This document shows, piece by piece, positions 1 to 8,819 of a stretch of 64,000 nucleotides of DNA. The notes beneath the pieces are model-generated. The model was not told the origin of the DNA and ran no database searches. It saw nothing but the letters and a program-made list of their open reading frames with translations. This stretch comes from Myxococcota bacterium. GTDB taxonomy: Bacteria > Myxococcota_A > UBA9160 > UBA6930. A program made the position numbers and the translations under genes. The stretch lies in assembly GCA_965223705.1 (NCBI GenBank), contig OZ245015.1, positions 3,104,001-3,168,000 of the forward strand, written 5' to 3'. Numbering within the stretch: position 1 is the first letter of the stretch; every line of letters begins with the position of its first letter.

Positions 1-507
1 CAGGCCCCGCGTGAGATCGGCCCAGTGGAAGTTCTTGATCGTGGGATCGACGGCTTGTGACGGGATTCGGATCGTCTCCTCGGCGACGACCAGGTGCGAA
101 CCCTTTTCCTGCTCTTCGGGCGGCACGATCCACACATAGGGAACCGCGTAGGCGTAGAACCGATTGGTAAATCGCCGCGGGTCGCGATTGCCTCCTTGTG
201 CGACGCCGCGCGTCGCAATCATGTCGACGTAGGCCTCGCGCAACCCGGATCGGCGCACGCATGTCATCAGCACGTCCCGGATCTCGTTCCGATCGAGCGG
301 CAACTCCATGTAGAGCGCGCGATAACTCGCTTCGAACCGCTCGAGGTGCGCGTCGAGGCGAAAAAACCGCCCTTTCCACACCGCGACCACGTCGTAGGTC
401 GCATCGGATTTGAGGAATCCGAGATCTGTCAGGGGAATTCGCGCGTCGTCGATCGAGCTGTATCGGCCCTCGACGTAGGCGCAACCTTCGGGAAACGCGG
501 CCGCCAT
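1..507 (-). CDS. PLP fold-type IV aminotransferase, (R)-selective amine transaminase-like; 3' end runs off the window
   Basis: Not in the ORF track (no stop in window). Manual translation from ATG 507 (GGAG RBS): MAAAFPEGCAYVEG...DLGFLKSDATYDVVAVWKGRFFRLDAHLERF...AYVDMIATRG...RDPR...PYVWI...RIPSQAVDPTIKNFHWADLTRGL, including the PLP Lys motif (DPTIKN). Confidence 0.9.
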   Translation of the reverse strand, partial: MAAAFPEGCAYVEGRYSSIDDARIPLTDLGFLKSDATYDVVAVWKGRFFRLDAHLERFEASYRALYMELPLDRNEIRDVLMTCVRRSGLREAYVDMIATRGVAQGGNRDPRRFTNRFYAYAVPYVWIVPPEEQEKGSHLVVAEETIRIPSQAVDPTIKNFHWADLTRGL

Positions 508-603
508 GTGGGTCTCCGTAAGGATCTCGGGCCAGGATATCGTTGATTTTCTCCTGCGTTGCGTTTAAAAGGCGGGTTCTCCCCGAATCGAATCGAGGAT
601 CGC

Positions 604-1917
604 ATGCCCCCCGCCCTTCGCCGCCTTCTCTGCGCCTTCCCCACGTTGCTCATGGCGTCCGCTGCACAAGCGGAGGACGGCATCAGCGCGGGCGACACGG
701 CGTGGATCCTCACGTCCTCTGCGTTGGTGCTGTTCATGACCATTCCCGGTCTAGCGCTTTTCTACGGCGGCCTCGTTCGCACCAAGAACGTCCTGTCCGT
801 CTTGATGCAGTGCTTCGCGTTGACCGGCGCCGTCACCGTCGCCTGGCTCGTCGCGGTCTACAGTTTGGCGTTCGACAGCACCGGAATGGAAGCCGGCGTG
901 ACGAACATCCACTCGTTCATCGGCGGGTTGGGAAAGGCCTTTCTCTCGGGCGTCACGGCCGAGACGCCGTCGGGTTCGATTCCGGAAGTCCTTTTCTTCG
1001 GCTTCCAGATGACCTTCGCGATTATCACCCCGGCCCTGATCGTCGGCGCGTTCGCGGAACGGATGAAGTTCTCGGCGATGCTCATCTTCTCGCTGCTGTG
1101 GATGGTTGTCGTGTACGCCCCGATTTGTCACATGACCTGGGGCGGCGACGGTGGATTCTTCGCGGACCTGGGCGTCTTCGACTTCGCCGGCGGTATCGTC
1201 GTCCACATCACGGCGGGTGTAGCGGCGCTCGTCGCGTGTCTGGTGATCGGACCGCGCGAAGGCTACCCGCGGACTCCGATGCCTCCTCACAACCTCACGA
1301 TGTGCGTGATCGGAACCGGCATGCTGTGGGTCGGCTGGTACGGCTTCAACGGCGGCAGCGCACTCGCCGCCGACGGATCCGCCGCGATGGCGGTGGTCGT
1401 GACACAAATCTCCGCCGCGACGGCGGCGCTCACGTGGATGAGCATCGAGTGGTTCCGCCACGGCAAGCCGAGCATGCTCGGCCTGGCGACCGGAGCGATC
1501 GCCGGTCTCGCGGCGGTCACTCCCGCTTCGGGTTTCATCGGTCCGGTCGGGGGGCTCTGCATCGGCTTCGCTTCGGGCGCGCTTTGCTACCTCGCATCGA
1601 CGTCGCTGAAGAACGCCCTCGGCTACGACGATTCTCTCGACGTGTTCGGAGTCCACGGCGTCGGCGGTTTCATCGGCACCGTATTGGCCGCGGTCTTCGC
1701 ATCGGCGGTGTTCGGAGGCAACCAGGGTGACTTGGCGATCGGTCGGCAGCTCGGCGTCCAGATCGGTGCGGGGCTCGGTACGGCGTTGTTTACTGCGGTT
1801 GCGAGCTTCGTACTGCTGAAGATCACGGACGCACTGGTCGGCTTGCGTGTCAATCAGGACGAGGAGTCCATCGGCCTCGACCTGTCACAGCACAATGAGG
1901 TCGGTTACGACCTCTAG
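604..1917 (+). CDS. amtB: Ammonium transporter (Amt family)
   Basis: GLALFYGG, FQMTFA, DFAGGIVVH, LWVGWYGFNGGS, DDSLDVFGVHGVGG (twin His kept). ATG 604 follows GAGG; N-terminal signal-like segment. Confidence 0.97.
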   Translation: MPPALRRLLCAFPTLLMASAAQAEDGISAGDTAWILTSSALVLFMTIPGLALFYGGLVRTKNVLSVLMQCFALTGAVTVAWLVAVYSLAFDSTGMEAGVTNIHSFIGGLGKAFLSGVTAETPSGSIPEVLFFGFQMTFAIITPALIVGAFAERMKFSAMLIFSLLWMVVVYAPICHMTWGGDGGFFADLGVFDFAGGIVVHITAGVAALVACLVIGPREGYPRTPMPPHNLTMCVIGTGMLWVGWYGFNGGSALAADGSAAMAVVVTQISAATAALTWMSIEWFRHGKPSMLGLATGAIAGLAAVTPASGFIGPVGGLCIGFASGALCYLASTSLKNALGYDDSLDVFGVHGVGGFIGTVLAAVFASAVFGGNQGDLAIGRQLGVQIGAGLGTALFTAVASFVLLKITDALVGLRVNQDEESIGLDLSQHNEVGYDL

Positions 1918-2972
1918 GAAGTCGTCGCCGCGGCGTCCGCGATGATCGCGAGAAGATCGCCTCGGGCCTCTCGCGCGGCGAGGCAAAGCGCCCACTGTGC
2001 GCGCGCTCGGTCGAGGTTGTGTTCTCCGGCTCCGGGGTAGCGCGATCGGTCATAGGTCCAGTGACGCTCGCGAAGTGCATCGGCCGCGAACCGGATCGCC
2101 AATTCGTGACTGATCCGCTCGATGCCAAAAGCGAGTGAGCGGAGCTCGGCGCGCTCGAGCTGGAAACGAATCGCCCCCAGATAGTGTTCGATCGACGCGC
2201 GAAACACGTCGAGGTCGATCTCGGGTGAAGCGGTGTCCTCCGCGCTCCGGTTGCACCACGAACGCCACGCGTCGCCGAGTTCGACAAACAACGGGCGTCG
2301 TCCCACGGTGTCGAGATCGATGAGTGCGTGGCCCTGGTATCGCCCGTCGTCTTCGACGAACAACAAGTTGTTGAACTTGAGATCCCCGTGAACCACCCGA
2401 TCGGGCAAGGCACCGAGCGCATCCCATTCAGGTGGCGTAGAGAGCAGCTCGTCGGCGAGTTCCGCTACGGGCTTCATCAAACGGTGGGATGGAAGCGCAC
2501 GCAAGGCGTCTTTCAGATCGCTCCGGTGCGAGTCCCAATCATGAAACGGAAAGCCCAGAGGTTCGAGCCTCTCGTCAAAGTCGTTCAGTGCCGAGTGGAA
2601 CTCGGCGACCAGTGCGCCCGCGGCTGCAGCGAGCTCGGGGCTGTCGCATGCCGGTCGCGACGCTCCGTCGAGTTTCGTCATCAAACGCCAACGGCCGCCG
2701 TCTGAGGTCATCGTCGAACGAGACCCGGCGCGCGACGGAATCAAGCGCAGGGTTCGTACGCCGCGCTCTCGCAAACGTCGGGTGACCCGTTCGATGTTCG
2801 CTAGGACCGGTGCACCGAAGTCGGGGTGCATGCGCTGTAGGATGTACGAAGCTTCGCCGTCGAGCACGGTGTAGGTCTCATGGATGAGTCCTTCGCGCAG
2901 CGGTGTCGCGGTCGGCGGACCGACGAATTCATAGGCCGCGAGCGCTTCCGCGAGCGCTGTCCGGTCACTCAC
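1914..2972 (-). CDS. APH/choline-kinase-fold phosphotransferase (N-acetylhexosamine-1-kinase-like)
   Basis: GLIHETY, YILQR, Brenner motif HGDLKFNNLLF, IDLDT, ELAIRFAAD...HNLDRARAQ. Confidence 0.8.
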   Translation of the reverse strand: MSDRTALAEALAAYEFVGPPTATPLREGLIHETYTVLDGEASYILQRMHPDFGAPVLANIERVTRRLRERGVRTLRLIPSRAGSRSTMTSDGGRWRLMTKLDGASRPACDSPELAAAAGALVAEFHSALNDFDERLEPLGFPFHDWDSHRSDLKDALRALPSHRLMKPVAELADELLSTPPEWDALGALPDRVVHGDLKFNNLLFVEDDGRYQGHALIDLDTVGRRPLFVELGDAWRSWCNRSAEDTASPEIDLDVFRASIEHYLGAIRFQLERAELRSLAFGIERISHELAIRFAADALRERHWTYDRSRYPGAGEHNLDRARAQWALCLAAREARGDLLAIIADAAATTS

Positions 2973-2998
2973 CGGGCTACCCGGCCAAGAGAGAGGGC

Positions 2999-3556
2999 GT
3001 GGTTTTGTCCGAGCGAGTCATCGAGGTCGCTATCGCGAAGACGTGGCAAGGGGACCCAGCGCGCCCCGATGAAAGCGCGCGGATTCGCCTCTGGCGCGTA
3101 CCGGAGGGGCTCCGGGTGTCGAGCGACGCTCCCGATCACGGCGACCCGCTCCCGTCTCACCCACCCGGGCGCACCCCGGAACTCTGGGAGCACGAAGTTC
3201 TCGAGCTCTTCATCGCGGGCGCCGACGGTCACTACCTGGAGATCGAGTGGGGTCCCCGCGGTCACCACCTGGGGCTCTTGCTGTCGGCCTACCGCCAGGT
3301 CGATGCGGAGTTCGCGCCGGATCATTTTCGCTTCGAATCGGCTGGGCCGCGCGTTCACTCGGAGTTCCTTCTCTCGGCGTCGCATTTACCGCTGTGGCCG
3401 TGGTCACTCAATGCGTACGCAATCCACGGCGTGGGTGAAAGCCGTCGATACTTAGCGGCCTATCCGGTCTCCGGCCCGGGAATCACCGAGCCCGATTTTC
3501 ATCGGTTGGAGTTTTTTCGGCCGGCGCCGACAGGGCTGAAGCCCGTTACCCGCTAG
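2999..3556 (+). CDS. UPF0462/C4orf33-like protein (CBM9/DOMON-like fold), function unknown
   Basis: TWQG, LWEHEVLELF, YLEIEWGPRGHHL, NAYAIHG, YPV, PDFHRLEFF. GTG 2999 follows AGAGAGG. Confidence 0.7.
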   Translation: MVLSERVIEVAIAKTWQGDPARPDESARIRLWRVPEGLRVSSDAPDHGDPLPSHPPGRTPELWEHEVLELFIAGADGHYLEIEWGPRGHHLGLLLSAYRQVDAEFAPDHFRFESAGPRVHSEFLLSASHLPLWPWSLNAYAIHGVGESRRYLAAYPVSGPGITEPDFHRLEFFRPAPTGLKPVTR

Positions 3557-3972
3557 TCCTCTCGCCGCGGCGGTCTTCGATCGCGCTTGACCCGGGAATC
3601 GCGTTGTTTTTGCCGCAGACGCCTCTCTTTGGACGCGCGTGTCGGCCGTGTCGGTCGTCTCGGTTTCGGCGCTTTCGCCACATCCCGCAACATGTCTTCG
3701 AGCTTTCCCACGCAATCGGCCACGTTCCGCCCCTGGTCTCGAAAGCGCTGCGAATGAAGGACGAGCTCCCCCTCGGCGTTGATGCGCCGCCGATAGCGCG
3801 CGCTGAACCGCTCGCGCACGTCGGCCGTAAACGCCCGCGAGGCCGCGACGTTCCAACGCAGTGTCACGCGCGTATTCGCCTTGTTCACGCGCTGACCGCC
3901 GGGACCACGGCTGCGACTCCACTCGAAGCGGAGCTCGCGAACCGGCGCGCGGATCTCGGAATCGTCGGACAT
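3553..3972 (-). CDS. arfB: Alternative ribosome-rescue peptidyl-tRNA hydrolase ArfB (YaeJ)
   Basis: SRSRGPGGQRVNK (GGQ), SQRFRDQGRN, basic C-tail (RRPTRPTRASKERRLRQK); 139 aa from ATG 3972. Confidence 0.95.
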   Translation of the reverse strand: MSDDSEIRAPVRELRFEWSRSRGPGGQRVNKANTRVTLRWNVAASRAFTADVRERFSARYRRRINAEGELVLHSQRFRDQGRNVADCVGKLEDMLRDVAKAPKPRRPTRPTRASKERRLRQKQRDSRVKRDRRPPRRED

Positions 3973-4055
3973 CGCCCCAAGATCGCCCCGATTGCGGACG
4001 CCGTCGAACCGGAAGTATGGTTCGACCTGCCGCAACCCGAGCCAAAGGAGCTGTC

Positions 4056-5126
4056 ATGGAAGTCGGAATGGGTGTGATCTTTCAAAACCCGGACGAGCGG
4101 ATCCCGGACGTCGAGGTGTACCAGCAGGAACTGCGGTTGGGAGACCTGGCGGAACCGCTGGGCTTCGATTCGCTCTGGGGCGTCGAGCACCACTTCACCG
4201 ACTACACCATGTGTCCGGACGTCCTCCAATACCTGACGTATTTCGCGGGTCGCACCGAGAAGATTCGCCTGGGTTCCGCCGTGGTCGTGCTGCCGTGGCA
4301 CGACCCGATGCGGGTCGCCGAGCAGGTCGCGATGGTCGACGCGATGAGCGGAGGCCGCCTCATTCTCGGGATCGGCCGGGGCTTGGGTCGCGTCGAGTTC
4401 GAAGGATTCCGAGCGGACATGAACGACAGCCGCGCGTACTTCGTGGAGTCCGCAGAGATGATCCTTCGGGGACTCGAGCGCGGTTACTGCGAGTACGACG
4501 GACGCTTGATCCAGCAGCCGCGGCGCGATATCCGACCTCGGCCGCAGAAGAGCTTCAAAGGCCGTGTGTACGCCGCGGCCGTCTCTCCGGAATCGGCGGC
4601 GGTCATGGCGAAGCTCGGGGTCGGTATGTTGATCATTCCCCAGAAGCCCTGGGAAGACGTCGCCGATGAGCTCAAGACCTACCGGGAAATCTTTCGCGAC
4701 GCGAACGGAAGCGAGGCGCCGGCGCCGTACGCTGCGGGCTGGGTGTTCTGCGACGAGGACGCGGGACGCGCGGAAGAAGAAGCGCGCAAATGGATCGGGA
4801 ACTACTGGCACTCCGTGGTGAAGCACTACGAGCTCAAGGGCGACCACCTGAGCCACATCAAGGGCTACGAGTCCTACAAGGCCATGCAGGATGCGGTTGC
4901 GACGCCTGAAGCCCTCGAAGCGACGATCGACTTCTTCTTGAGCCTCCAAGTCTGGGGCACGCCGGCCCAGTGCTACGACAAGATCCAGGACATCTCGAAG
5001 CGGCTCGGGTCCGAGGCGTTCTTCGGCGTGTTCGCGTACGGAGGGATGCCGTACGACACGGCGGAGAGAAACCTTCGAACGTTCGCGACAACGGTGATGC
5101 CGGAGCTCCAGAAGGGCCGCAACTGA
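4056..5126 (+). CDS. LLM-class flavin-dependent oxidoreductase (luciferase-like)
   Basis: GFDSLWGVEHHF, LPWHDPMRVAEQ, GIGRG; ATG 4056 follows AAGGAG; 356 aa. Confidence 0.93.
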   Translation: MEVGMGVIFQNPDERIPDVEVYQQELRLGDLAEPLGFDSLWGVEHHFTDYTMCPDVLQYLTYFAGRTEKIRLGSAVVVLPWHDPMRVAEQVAMVDAMSGGRLILGIGRGLGRVEFEGFRADMNDSRAYFVESAEMILRGLERGYCEYDGRLIQQPRRDIRPRPQKSFKGRVYAAAVSPESAAVMAKLGVGMLIIPQKPWEDVADELKTYREIFRDANGSEAPAPYAAGWVFCDEDAGRAEEEARKWIGNYWHSVVKHYELKGDHLSHIKGYESYKAMQDAVATPEALEATIDFFLSLQVWGTPAQCYDKIQDISKRLGSEAFFGVFAYGGMPYDTAERNLRTFATTVMPELQKGRN

Positions 5127-5127
5127 G

Positions 5128-6612
5128 CTAGAGGGGGACGTAGGTCGGACGGTCGCCGGAGATGCGAACGCGTTCGCCGACGAGGTTTCGACCGGCCAAC
5201 TCCTTGGCCGCATCGGCCGAGACGCGAGCCGTGACGCGCGACCCGTCTGCGAGCGTTGCGATGACGGGTGCCGCGACGACGTCGCCGCCGCGGCCGTACA
5301 CCACCGTCGCCGCTTCGACCGTGGCCTCGCCCGAAGCCTCGAGCACCACCGGTTCCGCGCTGCGATCGATCCGCTCCTGATCCTTCGACGAATCCGAGAG
5401 GCAGAACCCGGCACTCGGCGGGTTCGCGCCGTAGACCCCAGCCGCGTGCTTCGACATGTAGCCGCCGTTCGCGCTCACAAAGCCCACTTCGCCGCTCTCC
5501 CGAATGCGCAGGGCCATCGAGGCGATGGCGTGGGTCGAATAGTTGTTTCCCGGCCCCCCGAAATACGGGAGCCCGCCCGTGACCGTGAGTTCGCGGCTGT
5601 CCCCGGGGTCGATACCCAAACCGGCTGCCGCCACTTCGACGGCCACCGGGAAGCAGGAATACAAGTCGATGTGCGCGCAATCGTCGGCGCCAAGGCCGGC
5701 GGCTTCAAGCGCGAGGCGAGACGTTGCGGTCATCGCGGCGGAAGTCCCGAGATCCGGCCTGGCGGACGGCGGGAGCTCCTTCGCGGCGGCCCCGGACCAG
5801 GGGAACACACATCCGTCATGAACTCCCAATTCCCGGGCAATCGCCAAGCTCGTCAAGACGAGCGCCGCTCCCTGGTCGACGTTCGGGAAGGAATTCATCG
5901 AGCGGTTGTAGGGCTCGGCGATCAAACGGTTCGCGTCGGTGACGCTCGCAATCTCTTCGGCGGTCTGAGCCTTCGGAAACCAAGCGTAGGGGTTGCGGGA
6001 TGCGACTTCGGTAAAGCGCGCCATCAGGGGGGCGATGGCCGCGCGCTGCTCGGCGTGCGAGCGACCGGCGCGCTTCGCCAAGACGCTCTCGAACATCGGA
6101 TAAACCGTCGACGGCACGTTCAGGCCGTTTCGGACCTCGGCTTTACCCAGAATCCCTTCGAGGGTCGGGCCCACGGTGCGGCCGGTTTTTTCGAACTCGA
6201 TATTCGCATTGGCCACTTCGAGGAAGTTCGCGTTCGGTTCGCCGACGCGCAGGGAACGCGTGGCTTCGGCACCCGCAATGAGGGTCGTGCCCAGGCGACC
6301 GGCTGCGATGTCATCCGCGGCTCGGTTGACCAGGAACTGGGGCATGTTCCCGCCGTGGCTCGAGAGTTCGCACGCAGCGCCGCGAATTCCCAACGCCGCG
6401 GCGAGCTCCCCGGCCGGGTCGGGACCGCAGCGGGAGAACGAAATGGCCACGACGGTGACCCGGTCGACGCGATCGCGTAGGGCGGGCGCTTCGTCGAACG
6501 CACGCTCGGCGGCCCGGGCCGCCATCTCGACGGCCGACGTCAAGTTCTCGCGTTCGATCGATTGACCGACGGCGACGAGAACGGGCGTGCGCTCGGGGTT
6601 CGGCTGACTCAT
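5128..6612 (-). CDS. Thiolase-like protein (atypical acetyl-CoA acetyltransferase family)
   Basis: RTPVLVAVGQ, GGNMPQ, IAGAEA, VDQGAA, DLYSCFP, TVTGGLPYFGGPGNNY. ATG 6612 follows GAGGAG. Confidence 0.88.
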   Translation of the reverse strand: MSQPNPERTPVLVAVGQSIERENLTSAVEMAARAAERAFDEAPALRDRVDRVTVVAISFSRCGPDPAGELAAALGIRGAACELSSHGGNMPQFLVNRAADDIAAGRLGTTLIAGAEATRSLRVGEPNANFLEVANANIEFEKTGRTVGPTLEGILGKAEVRNGLNVPSTVYPMFESVLAKRAGRSHAEQRAAIAPLMARFTEVASRNPYAWFPKAQTAEEIASVTDANRLIAEPYNRSMNSFPNVDQGAALVLTSLAIARELGVHDGCVFPWSGAAAKELPPSARPDLGTSAAMTATSRLALEAAGLGADDCAHIDLYSCFPVAVEVAAAGLGIDPGDSRELTVTGGLPYFGGPGNNYSTHAIASMALRIRESGEVGFVSANGGYMSKHAAGVYGANPPSAGFCLSDSSKDQERIDRSAEPVVLEASGEATVEAATVVYGRGGDVVAAPVIATLADGSRVTARVSADAAKELAGRNLVGERVRISGDRPTYVPL

Positions 6613-6646
6613 GAAGATCTCCTCGGGACAGTCTACGCTCGAACGC

Positions 6647-7600
6647 ATGATTTCACCGAACTTCGAAACGATCACGAGCGGAGGGGTTTCGCTCCGGACG
6701 GTGGTCGAAGGCGATGGCCCTCTGGTCGTGCTTCTCCACGGCTTCCCTCAGTGCTGGTATTTGTGGCGGCACCAGATCGGCCCGCTGGCGGCGGCGGGCT
6801 ACCGAGTGGCCGTCCCGGATCAGCGCGGCTACGGCGGGAGCGACGCACCGGAACCGATCGAGGCCTACGACATCCTCCACTTGACCGACGACGTCGTGGC
6901 GATCGCCGACGCCCTCGGACACCGCGAATTCGTCGTCGTCGGCCACGACTGGGGCGCGCCCGTGGCGTGGCATACCGCCCTCCTCCACGAAGGCCGGGTC
7001 CGCGCCGTCGCCGGTCTGGCGGTCCCCTACGCCCGTTTCGAAACGCCCCAAGCCCTGACCCGTCAGGAGTTCTGGGGCGACCGGTTCTGGTACACGGTCT
7101 ACTTCCAGACTCCCGGGCGAGCGGAAGCCGAGCTCGACGCCGATCTCCGGCGCTCCCTCCGCCTGACGTATTTCGCGGCATCGGGAGACTTTTCAGGATC
7201 GCTTGTCGATCTAAAAAAACCGAGCAGTGCTGGCTTCTTGGACGGCATCCCCGAACCGACGGGCGAGCTTTCGTGGCTCTCGGAGAACGACCTCGACTAC
7301 TACGTTTCGCAGTACGCTCGCAACGGCTTTCGCGGACCGCTCAACTGGTACCGGAACCTCGAACGCAACGTCGAGATCACGCCGATGTTGCGCGAAAAGA
7401 CCGTGTCCCAGCCGGCCTACTTTCTGGCCGGAGAGCGCGACCCGGTGCTCTCATTCCCCGGCGACTGGCTCGGCGCGATGGATCGATGGGTCCCCAACTT
7501 GGTCGGCAAGGACCTCGTCCCAGGTGCCGGGCATTGGGTTCCGGTCGAGGCGCCCGAAACCGTCACCGAGAAACTCCTGGGTTTTCTCGCTTCACTGTAA
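6647..7600 (+). CDS. Alpha/beta hydrolase, epoxide hydrolase EphA-like
   Basis: HGFP, PDQRGYG, GHDWGA (nucleophile Asp), LNWYRN, GERD, GAGHW. Confidence 0.93.
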   Translation: MISPNFETITSGGVSLRTVVEGDGPLVVLLHGFPQCWYLWRHQIGPLAAAGYRVAVPDQRGYGGSDAPEPIEAYDILHLTDDVVAIADALGHREFVVVGHDWGAPVAWHTALLHEGRVRAVAGLAVPYARFETPQALTRQEFWGDRFWYTVYFQTPGRAEAELDADLRRSLRLTYFAASGDFSGSLVDLKKPSSAGFLDGIPEPTGELSWLSENDLDYYVSQYARNGFRGPLNWYRNLERNVEITPMLREKTVSQPAYFLAGERDPVLSFPGDWLGAMDRWVPNLVGKDLVPGAGHWVPVEAPETVTEKLLGFLASL

Positions 7601-7640
7601 TCGGAGCTAGCCTTCGGAACTTCCACACCGAGAGGTCTAC

Positions 7641-8819
7641 GTGATGGAACTCCAGGACGCGTACTACATCGACGGGGTCCGCCTCCCGATCGGACGCGCG
7701 CGTGCGTCGGGGTATTTCGGCGGGACGCGCGCCGACGACATGGCGGTCCGGACCGTGCGCGCGCTGCTCGAGCGCAACCCGGGGCTCGACCCGATCGACA
7801 TCGACGACGTCGTGATCGCCGCCACGGCGCAAGTCGGTGACCAAGGACTCACCTTGGGCCGCTCGGTCGGCGTCCTGGCGGGGCTTCCCAAAGCGGTACC
7901 CGGTTACGCCGTCGACCGCATGTGCGCGGGTGGGCTCACCGCGATCGTCAACGCCGCGAACGCGATCCGGGTGGGCGGCCAAGACGTGGTTCTCGCCGGC
8001 GGCGTCGAGCACATGGGCCGGCACCCCATGGCGGCGGAGGTCGACCCGAATCCGCGTTTCCTCGCCGAGGGGCTCGTCGATCCCTCGGCCCTCGTGATGG
8101 GGTCGACCGCGGAGAACATCCACGACGAGCAGCCGGCGATCACCCGCGAACGCGCCGACGAGTTCGCGCTCCTTTCTCAGGAACGCACGGCCAAAGCCCA
8201 GGCGGAAGGCGTGTTCGCCGACCACCTGATCCGCATGCCGGTTTGGTCCGACGAGGGAATTCACGTCGTCGCGACGGACGAACATCCCCGGCCCGGCACG
8301 ACCCTCGAGGAACTTTCCGGGCTGCGTTCGCCCTTCCGTGCGGGCGGGCGGGTCACCGCGGGCAACGCCGCGGGCCTGAACGACGGCGCCGGGTGCGTGC
8401 TCCTCGCGAGCGACGCCGCGGCGGATCGTATGAAGGCGCGCAAGAGGATGCGCATGCTGACGTTCGCGTTCGCCGGCGTCGCCCCCGAGACCATGGGCTA
8501 CGGGCCGATTCCCGCGTGCGAAAAACTCCTGCACAAAGCCGGCCTGGGGATCGACGACATCGACGTCATCGAGCTGAACGAGGCCTTCGCAGTCCAGTGC
8601 GTGGCGTTCCTCGACCACTTCGACCTGCCTCTCGAGAGCGGCAAAGTAAACCCCTACGGAGGCGCTATCGCATTGGGCCATCCACTCGCGATGTCGGGTG
8701 CGCGCCTGGCCATGCAACTCGCGTCGTATTTCGACCGCAACGAGGGCGCGAAACTCGGTCTGACCGCCATGTGCGTCGGCCTCGGCATGGGCGCCGCCGT
8801 TCTTTGGGAGCGCGCGTGA
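7641..8819 (+). CDS. fadA: 3-ketoacyl-CoA thiolase
   Basis: RMCAGG (Cys), NEAFA, GHPL, MCVGLGMG. Confidence 0.95.
   Translation: MMELQDAYYIDGVRLPIGRARASGYFGGTRADDMAVRTVRALLERNPGLDPIDIDDVVIAATAQVGDQGLTLGRSVGVLAGLPKAVPGYAVDRMCAGGLTAIVNAANAIRVGGQDVVLAGGVEHMGRHPMAAEVDPNPRFLAEGLVDPSALVMGSTAENIHDEQPAITRERADEFALLSQERTAKAQAEGVFADHLIRMPVWSDEGIHVVATDEHPRPGTTLEELSGLRSPFRAGGRVTAGNAAGLNDGAGCVLLASDAAADRMKARKRMRMLTFAFAGVAPETMGYGPIPACEKLLHKAGLGIDDIDVIELNEAFAVQCVAFLDHFDLPLESGKVNPYGGAIALGHPLAMSGARLAMQLASYFDRNEGAKLGLTAMCVGLGMGAAVLWERA

Noticed and set aside
508..603. Sigma54/NtrC promoter upstream of amtB
   Set aside because: No properly spaced GG-N10-GC box with consensus flanks; only a weak TTGATT-17-TAAAAG.
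1914..2972. Aminoglycoside resistance gene
   Set aside because: It shares only the APH fold; length, motifs and context fit housekeeping sugar-kinase-like members, and there is no mobile context.
4056..5126. Bioluminescence (luxAB)
   Set aside because: Generic LLM protein; no luxCDE and no adjacent alpha/beta pair.
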